DNA of 64,000 bases from Ignavibacteriota bacterium (lineage in GTDB: Bacteria > Bacteroidota > Ignavibacteria > UBA10030 > UBA6906), in NCBI GenBank assembly GCA_963811705.1, contig CAWESL010000008.1, positions 454,673 to 518,672 on the forward strand, read 5' to 3'. Position numbers and translations under genes: made by a program. Of the stretch, positions 57,402 to 64,000 are shown piece by piece. Under the pieces are notes generated by a model. It had not been told where the DNA came from, did not search any database, and saw only the letters and a list, made by a program, of their open reading frames with translations. The stretch's first letter is position 1. Each line of letters opens with the position of its first letter.

Positions 57402-58129
57402 GCTTGACGCCCCGCCATGTGTTCGAGGTACAACGATTCCAGATCCCGACCCGCGAGGTCGCTTGCTTTGCGCTGCAGGACGAGCTTTCCCGAGCTCATG
57501 ATGCCGACGGTATCGGCGACTTCCTTTGCACGAAAGATGTCGTGGGTCGACATGAGAATTGCCTTCCCTTCGGACCGCAGGGAATCGAGCAGCTGCATGA
57601 ACTCGAACCCTGCCTGCGGATCGAGGCCGGAGGACGGCTCATCGAGCAGGATCGCCGGCGCGTTCTTCAGGATCGCGATCGCAATACCGCATTTCTGGCG
57701 CATCCCCTTGGAAAAGCTTTTGAGCTTTCTGGTGTGCGCCTCCGACTGAAGTCCAACCCGCGAGAGCGCCGCGCTGACTTCGCTCCGTGCGATCTTCCGC
57801 CGCACGCCCAGCTGCGCAAAGTATTCCGCATTTTGTACGGCGGTAAAATTCGAATACAACATTACGTTTTCGGATACGAAAGCGACGTACTCCTTGGCTT
57901 TCAAGGGATCCTTGTGCGTTGGAATCCCGTTGATCCGGGCTTCCCCGTCGGTCGGCTCGAGAAAGTTCAAGAAGATATTGATGGTTGTGGTCTTCCCTGC
58001 GCCGTTGCCGCCGAGCATGGCATAGATCTCTCCTGCCCGCACGGAAAATGAAACGCGGTCAAGCGCCAGCAATCCGTCTTCGTAGCGTTTGGAAAGATTG
58101 ATTGCTTCCAACATCGACGGCTGAGTCAT
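57398..58129 (-). CDS. ABC transporter ATP-binding protein
   Basis: GGNGAGKT, FSKGM, LLDEPSSGLD, STH. Confidence 0.93.
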   Translation of the reverse strand: MTQPSMLEAINLSKRYEDGLLALDRVSFSVRAGEIYAMLGGNGAGKTTTINIFLNFLEPTDGEARINGIPTHKDPLKAKEYVAFVSENVMLYSNFTAVQNAEYFAQLGVRRKIARSEVSAALSRVGLQSEAHTRKLKSFSKGMRQKCGIAIAILKNAPAILLDEPSSGLDPQAGFEFMQLLDSLRSEGKAILMSTHDIFRAKEVADTVGIMSSGKLVLQRKASDLAGRDLESLYLEHMAGRQA

Positions 58130-58190
58130 GATGTACCCTTCATGAATGTTGACAATCGACTATTGACCACTGACAAGTGTGCATTGATCT

Positions 58191-59686
58191 TTAACGTCGT
58201 GAGAGTCTAATCCCCAGCGCCACCACGCCTCCCACAAGCGCGACTATCAGGAGCAGAATCATGGTCGTTCCGAGCACACTTGTTTCCGCTTGCACTTCCA
58301 CGGTAACAGTCTTGTCCTCTGCGTTGACCGGTTCGTTCTCTGAGAGCGCGCTGGTCTGGAGGCGGATCTCGTACCGCCCCGGCGGTGTCCCCTTCGGAGG
58401 GATGAAAGCCATGTTGATGCGCTGCTCTCCGCTCACTTCGAGCTGGGGGACGAGCGCCGGATCGATCGATTTCGTCCAGTTCAACGGCGCGTCGGCCTTG
58501 ATTTCGATATTGTCCAACCTGCGTGTCCCCTCATTCACGACGTCGACGCTCATCGAGAGAGTACCATCGGCATGGATCGATTGGAACAGCTGCGAGGCGC
58601 GGACGAGCAAACGCCCTTTCCCGCGGGGAACGAGCTCGAGACGCAAGAAACCGACATCCAGCTTTTCAATCTCCGCCTGCGTCCAGACCCTGTCGCCGAC
58701 ATCGCCAAGAGAGGGAGCCCGGTCATGCGGGATGACCAGCACATAGAACGACAGCGACTTGTCCATCGGTACTGCGTCCGTGGGCGATCGGGCAGAGTGA
58801 CTTCGAGGGCGACTTTGCGCGTATCGACGCTTTCCATGAACCGGAACTGTCCGATCATCGCATTACTGGAGGGATCGCGAAAGAGCCGGCTGATCTGCTG
58901 CGGGAGATTCACCACTTCGAGACTGAACGTATTCGACGTCCTGCTGAAGAGTTCGAGTGTCAGATCGTACCGTGCGGTCTTTCCAAGCTCCCCCTCCTGC
59001 GAGAACTGATCGGCCTGAACGAGGACCTTGTTCACCGACGCGTCCTTTTGCAGAAAGATCTTCATCGTCCGTTGTGTTCCGCTCCCGTAAATAATGCTCA
59101 CGGTCACGGCGTCCAAATCCTGGAGAAGCGTGAAGTCGAGCTCCTTGGGGGCGCCGTACCGCAGGACATCGATCTTGCTCTCGTACGGCTGACTGATGAT
59201 CGCGCCGTCGTTGTTCTGGATCGACACATACACATTATTGATGATGTCGGGTTGGAGCGATCGGAAGAGTTTGTCGTCGATGTTGACAAGTTTGCGGAGC
59301 TCCTCGCTTCCCCCGGAAGCATTCGCCACAAGAAGGCGGACGCGCTTCTGGTTGTCGCGACCCTGGTACTTCACGGCGCGCACGATCGAAACATATTGCT
59401 CTTCGAAGAGCACCGCGAGGAGGGACTGCTGGTAGTTCACTTCCGCATCGCTGAACGACGCGTCGGCCCGGTCAAGATCCGATTGGGAGATCAGCCCGCG
59501 CTGAAAAAGCTCCTTCTGTCGGTCCAATTCCCGACGCGCGACATCGAACATTTCCTTTGCGCGTTTCAGTCCGAGAAGGCGATACTTGTCGTCCCGCTGG
59601 TTGAACATCGAGCCGGATTGTCCGAGGCCCTGCTGGATCGGAAGGGTGAGGAGAGCGAGAAGGACAACGACGGCGAATGTCCTCAT
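58191..59686 (-). pseudogene. NEW3 (NPCBM-associated)-like membrane-anchored protein, frameshifted near 58770
   Basis: N-part 59686 to ~58780 continues in ORF 58191-58766 (V.NEGTRRL.N, W...P, PPG.YE, C-terminal TM); lesion or sequencing indel. Confidence 0.7.
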
Positions 59687-59920
59687 CAGCGTTCCTTCTT
59701 TCCCTCAATGATTCTGATGTCCGGAAGCTCCTTGGGGTCTGCCTTGGGAAACGCAACGCTGAGAAGCTGATCGTCCCGGTACCCCCGGCACAGCCTGGCA
59801 ATCACGACGAGAAACGATTTCATGCGGCGGTCACCATACGATGCGATTGCAAATCGGCGGCCGGAGTCTGCCGCCTTGATTTCTTCGACGGCAACGTACC
59901 ACAACTGTTGCGGATCTCAT

Positions 59921-59956
59921 AGTTAAACAATGTTAGCGACTGTTAAGAAATGTGAA
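59921..59956. promoter_or_regulatory. Candidate OmpR/PhoB-type tandem binding site in the divergent promoter
   Basis: AGTTAA, TGTTAG, TGTTAA, TGTGAA at an exact 10-bp period. Confidence 0.55.
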
Positions 59957-60018
59957 CGGGTTGGCTTTTATACCGTGGACACTCGTACATTAGAGCGTTC
60001 GAACAGACGGGTTGCTCC

Positions 60019-61701
60019 ATGCCTCATCGCACAATATCGCTGCGCCTCATTGTGGCCACGATGGTTCTTGCTCTCGCCGGACTCATCGTGCTGCAATGGC
60101 ATTTATTGCGCCAGGCGATGGAATTGAAAGAGCAGGCGTTCCGGCGGAATGCGGTTGCGGCGCTTTGGACGGCGGTACAAAAACTGGATGCGGGGGAAGC
60201 CTATCGCAGCGTCATCAGCGCGACGATGGTCATGGATAGCACCCTCCCGCCGGGGCAAGCGAAAGTGTCTCGTTCCGGGATCGCGGCGACGGTGCGTGCG
60301 GGGGCTCTGTCTCCCGACTCCCTTCCCCTGCAAATGCACGGGGGGAAACTCACGTACATTGTCAAGTCGCCGCAATGGGTGCGCCTTCAGCAATTTGATT
60401 TCGGCGCGAACCGGGATACCGTCGTTGTCGACACGTTCAAGAATCCCGGGAGATATGAGGTCAACATCAACCGGATCGGCGAACAGGGCGACGAAATGTA
60501 TTACCGGTATACCGCCGACTCATCGCATTTCTACCTTCAGACCGGAACTCAGAAACGGCAACAAACGGTTTCGGTCAGTCTGAACACGGAAAGTCGACGG
60601 GCGATCGTGAACAAAGCGATGGACCGCCTGTTCATGATCGAGCAGAAACCGATTGAAGAGCGGATCCGTCCTGCGCTCCTCGACTCGGTGCTCCGTTCGA
60701 CATTCCATGACGCGGGCATCACCATGGGTTTCGAGCGCGGTATTGCGACGGAAGGGGATACGGCGCTGAGTCTTGTTGCACCCGCAGGGGCGGGTGAACG
60801 ACTCCGGCACTCCGCTTTTCGCGCGGCATTCCTGCCGGGGGACGCCCTCTCGCCGCGCAACAGTCTCGTGGTGGATTTTCCTGACCAGCAGGCATTCCTC
60901 CTGAGCCAGATGGGCCCGCTCTTCGGCGTCACGGCGATCCTGATGGTGATCATCGTGAGCGGCTTCGCGTATGCGGTGCGCACCATCGTCAATCAGCGGC
61001 GCCTTGCGGCGCTCATGACCGATTTTGTCAATACCATGACCCACGAATTCAAGACGCCGATTTCCACTGTCGCCCTGGCCGTCGAAGCGATTGAGCGTCC
61101 CGAAGTGGCGTCGCACAAGGACAAAGTCCAGCAATTCAACAGAGTGATCCGCGACGAGACGGCGCGGTTGCGGCGGCAGGTCGAGAAGATACTCGAGATG
61201 GCGACGCTCGAACGCGGCGACTACGAATTGAACTTCGAGCCGATCGACATCCATGCCCTCCTCCGTGAGGTGTCTGCGGGAGTCGCGCTCCAGGTGAGCC
61301 ATCGCGGGGGGAGCCTGCGCCTCGATCTCGAGGCGGGCGACCCGATGGTGGTCGCAGACAAGGTGCATCTCACGAACATCGTGAACAACCTCCTTGACAA
61401 CGCCAACAAATACTCTCCGGGCAAGCCCGTGATCGTTCTGACGACACGGACCAGCGGAGATGCGGTTGTGATCGCGGTGAGCGACGAGGGAATCGGGATC
61501 GCGCCGGAACATGTGGGGATGGTGTTCGAAAAGTATTTCCGGGTGCCAACCGGAAACCGACATGATGTGAAAGGGTTCGGGCTGGGGTTGAGCTACGTGA
61601 AGCTGATGACGGAAGCGATGCGGGGAAGCGTTGCGATCCGGAGCGTCGTCGGGAGCGGCACCACGGTGGAAGTGACTCTCCCGGCCGGGAGACGATCGTG
61701 A
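60019..61701 (+). CDS. Sensor histidine kinase (HisKA)
   Basis: Two TMs, THEFKTP, NLLDNANKY, DEGIGI, GFGLGL. Confidence 0.93.
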   Translation: MPHRTISLRLIVATMVLALAGLIVLQWHLLRQAMELKEQAFRRNAVAALWTAVQKLDAGEAYRSVISATMVMDSTLPPGQAKVSRSGIAATVRAGALSPDSLPLQMHGGKLTYIVKSPQWVRLQQFDFGANRDTVVVDTFKNPGRYEVNINRIGEQGDEMYYRYTADSSHFYLQTGTQKRQQTVSVSLNTESRRAIVNKAMDRLFMIEQKPIEERIRPALLDSVLRSTFHDAGITMGFERGIATEGDTALSLVAPAGAGERLRHSAFRAAFLPGDALSPRNSLVVDFPDQQAFLLSQMGPLFGVTAILMVIIVSGFAYAVRTIVNQRRLAALMTDFVNTMTHEFKTPISTVALAVEAIERPEVASHKDKVQQFNRVIRDETARLRRQVEKILEMATLERGDYELNFEPIDIHALLREVSAGVALQVSHRGGSLRLDLEAGDPMVVADKVHLTNIVNNLLDNANKYSPGKPVIVLTTRTSGDAVVIAVSDEGIGIAPEHVGMVFEKYFRVPTGNRHDVKGFGLGLSYVKLMTEAMRGSVAIRSVVGSGTTVEVTLPAGRRS

Positions 61702-62444
61702 AACAGGATCGCAAACGGAAGCCGGAGAATCGGAGCCGCATTCTGCTTCTCGAGGATGATCCCAATCTCGGATTCATCCTGCAGGAGCACCTGCAGCTGG
61801 AAGGATTCGCGGTGACTGCCTGCGCGAACGGCGTGGAGGGGTTGGACGCGTATCAGAAGGCGAAGCACACGCTCTGTCTTGTGGATGTCATGATGCCGGC
61901 CATGGACGGGTTCGCGTTCGCGCGGACGATCCGCGGGAGCGACGATTCCACGCCGATTATTTTCCTTACGGCGAAATCGCTGAAGGAGGACAAGGTCGAG
62001 GGGTTTCGGATCGGCTGCGACGATTACGTAACGAAACCTTTCAGCATGGAAGAGCTGATGTTGCGGATCCGTGCAGTGTTGCGGCGGGCAGGGCCATCGA
62101 CTCCGGAGGATGCGGGATCGACGCCGGAGATCTTTGCAGTGGGGAAATTTATGTTTGATCAATCGAAGCGGACGTTGCGGGCGGGGGAGAAGGAACGGCG
62201 GTTGACGAGCCGAGAAGCGGAACTTCTGCGATTACTCTGTCTCCACAAGAATCGCGTGCTTGAGCGAGATGTGGCGCTGCGGTCCATCTGGGGAAGCGAC
62301 TCGTTCTTCAATGGCAGGAGTATGGACGTCTTTATCTCGCGCCTGAGGCGGTATCTTGCCTCTGACCGATCGATTGAAATTCTGAATGTGCACGGGAAGG
62401 GATTCAAGCTTGTTGAGAGCAAGACAGCAGACAGTAGACAGTGA
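61698..62444 (+). CDS. OmpR family response regulator
   Basis: LEDD, DVMMP.MDG, FLTAK, DDYVTKPF, RSMDVFISRLR, HGKGF. Confidence 0.94.
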   Translation: MKQDRKRKPENRSRILLLEDDPNLGFILQEHLQLEGFAVTACANGVEGLDAYQKAKHTLCLVDVMMPAMDGFAFARTIRGSDDSTPIIFLTAKSLKEDKVEGFRIGCDDYVTKPFSMEELMLRIRAVLRRAGPSTPEDAGSTPEIFAVGKFMFDQSKRTLRAGEKERRLTSREAELLRLLCLHKNRVLERDVALRSIWGSDSFFNGRSMDVFISRLRRYLASDRSIEILNVHGKGFKLVESKTADSRQ

Positions 62445-62450
62445 ACAGGA

Positions 62451-62635
62451 CAAAAACATGGCAGCTTAGGCAACCATATTTTGCTGACCTCAAAAACAAG
62501 GCAGCCTAGGCAACCACTTTTCCCTGGTTAAAAGCTCTCTTTTAGGCCTGAAGATAAAGAACAGAAAATATGGCAGCCTAGGCAACCATATTTTGCTGAC
62601 CTCCAAAACATGGCAGCTTAGGCAACCTCATTTTC
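62451..62635 (+). repeat. REP-like palindrome cluster 5 (4 copies)
   Basis: Cores at 62460, 62500, 62572, 62612. Confidence 0.9.
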
Positions 62636-63059
62636 TAGCCTCGCCGAACACCGTCGCCACGATCTGCCTTCTCCCGCCATCATTCCGGTGCTCGCAAAGA
62701 TAGATCCCCTGCCATGTTCCAAGATTCAGCCTTCCATCGGTGACCGGAATGGTAACACTACTGCCCAGAATGGACGATTTGATATGGGCGGGCATATCGT
62801 CGTCTCCTTCGGTGTCGTGCTCATACGCGTCCCCGCCTTCAGGCACCACGTCGGTAAAGTAACGCTCCATATCCGAGCGCACGGTGGGGTCGGCGTTTTC
62901 GTTGATGGTGAGGGATGCGGAAGTATGTTTGAGGAAGAGGTGCAGCTCGCCGACCTGGACGGAGGCGATTTCCGGGAGTTGCGAGAGGATCTCGCGGGTA
63001 ATCAGGTGGAACCCGCGGGGTTTTCTCTCGAGGGTGATTTCGTGTTGGGTGATTTTCAC
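62628..63059 (-). CDS. yjbQ: YjbQ/UPF0047 family protein (secondary thiamine-phosphate synthase)
   Basis: [40 protein letters not shown]. Confidence 0.93.
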   Translation of the reverse strand: MKITQHEITLERKPRGFHLITREILSQLPEIASVQVGELHLFLKHTSASLTINENADPTVRSDMERYFTDVVPEGGDAYEHDTEGDDDMPAHIKSSILGSSVTIPVTDGRLNLGTWQGIYLCEHRNDGGRRQIVATVFGEARK

Positions 63060-63139
63060 AGGAGCATTCTCCCTTGGTTAATCGACGGATGCGGGGGCCA
63101 GGCCCTCTTTGGCAGAATGGCCGCCATTCTGTCATGGGA

Positions 63140-63294
63140 GTCTGGCATAAGTGCCAGACATAAGTGTCAGACATAGGTGCCAGACACAAATGCCAGACAC
63201 ATATGCCAGACACAAGTGCCAGACACAAGTGCCAGACACAAGTGCCAGACACAAATGCCAGACACAAGTGCCAGACACAAATGCCAGACACAAG
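63140..63294. repeat. 13-bp tandem repeat TGCCAGACACAAG x11 with one inverted half-unit
   Basis: Units 63152-63294; preceded by GTCTGGCA (63140-47). Confidence 0.95.
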
Positions 63295-63378
63295 TGTCCT
63301 GACCCGGGTCTGTCCCCCCTTCCCCTTGACAATTCCTCCTTGACAATCGACAATCGATAATTGATCTTTAATGGATGG

Positions 63379-64000
63379 ATGCCCTCTCCGTCCGTAACGA
63401 CCTGCCCGCCTTTCCTCTCAACCTTCTCCCCCTTCTCCTCGCTGCTCCTGTGTGGATGGCTGATCGTCTCCGGCAAGGAGTCTGTCTATCGCCACCTCCA
63501 ACGCGGATGCAGCGACCGATCGTTCCTCATCGGCCTCGGAGCTTCCTCGGCGCTGGTTGCCATCCTCTTTGCCGGTCTCGACCCCTACGTCATCCCCTGG
63601 GGCGGGCTCGACCGCTACTTCACGCGCGCGGTCAACATCGTCACGAACGGGGTGTTCGGGTACGGTACTACGCCAATGGCGATCTTCCCTCCCGGCTACA
63701 GCTTCCTGCTCCTCCCGTCTGTCCTCATCCTCGGAGACAACCGCTGGGCTTTCTTTCTCACGAACCTCGCACTGCTTCTCGGTTTCGCGTTCGTTCTCCG
63801 GGCGGCACTCGAGAAACTCGGCGCCGAACGGCGGCTGGCAAACCTCCTCGCACTGCTGTTCGTGTTGTACCCCAACCGCATTCTCTCGGCGATCATCCCT
63901 TTTTCCGACGTCCCGTTTTCGCTTCTTTACGGCACGGCATTCCTGCTTCTCCTCGTTCGGCTGAACCGATCATCGGGGATCGGCTCCGCTCTGACGATCG
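63379..64000 (+). CDS. GT-C (ArnT/PMT-like) membrane glycosyltransferase, runs off the window end
   Basis: Frame not in the ORF track: D.Y..RA.NI...FPPGYSFLL...LYP.......SD..F with multiple TMs; start uncertain. Confidence 0.65.
   Translation, partial: MPSPSVTTCPPFLSTFSPFSSLLLCGWLIVSGKESVYRHLQRGCSDRSFLIGLGASSALVAILFAGLDPYVIPWGGLDRYFTRAVNIVTNGVFGYGTTPMAIFPPGYSFLLLPSVLILGDNRWAFFLTNLALLLGFAFVLRAALEKLGAERRLANLLALLFVLYPNRILSAIIPFSDVPFSLLYGTAFLLLLVRLNRSSGIGSALTI

Noticed and set aside
4489-57407. Long antisense ORFs (4489-5949 -, 47914-49179 -, 51023-53344 -, 55752-57407 +, among others)
   Set aside because: Shadow frames of well-supported genes in GC-rich DNA, with no recognisable motifs
59686-59904. 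72-aa ORF upstream of the NEW3-like gene
   Set aside because: Weak start context and no motif; may be leader sequence
9562-62627. Palindrome clusters as CRISPR mini-arrays (72-bp period)
   Set aside because: Only 2-4 copies per cluster, degenerate flanks, mixed 40/72 periods, linkers share positional features, and no cas genes or leader in the window
63152-63294. 13-bp array as CRISPR or as a Cys-rich protein (ORFs 62839-63291, 63132-63476, 63151-63360)
   Set aside because: No spacers; the ORFs are just translations of the tandem repeat

Overview
Chromosomal window from a GC-rich FCB-group bacterium. Two proteins carry T9SS/Por C-terminal sorting domains, while AGGAGG-type RBSs and TTGACA-N17 promoters point to an Ignavibacteria-like lineage rather than Bacteroidia (inference). 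I saw no rRNA, tRNA or CRISPR-Cas. Ordinary content: SCO protein, barnase/barstar pair, two ABC exporters, SPFH protein, deoC, glnK-porin-amtB, GT4, a frameshifted GH2, two two-component systems and yjbQ. Five features stand out. (1) A candidate damage-inducible mutagenesis operon (dinB, degenerate DUF72, Walker-A-less RadA-like protein, arCOG07300-like small protein, archaeal-type PolB2); its promoter carries two CGACA-N4-TGTCG palindromes, one filling the -35/-10 spacer. (2) A uvrD/PcrA helicase gene cleanly split into two motif-intact ORFs by an inserted homocysteine S-methyltransferase gene. (3) A synonymous-only duplicate of the last 40 uvrD codons that brackets a 6.9-kb integrase-less island. 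(4) A RAYT (Y1 HUH) transposase plus 19 canonical and 2 variant copies of a GGTTGCCTAGGCAACC-type palindrome, co-oriented and mostly spaced at 40 or 72 bp. (5) Three small exported low-complexity proteins sharing a Trp-rich leader. All family assignments come from motif recognition by eye, not database searches.
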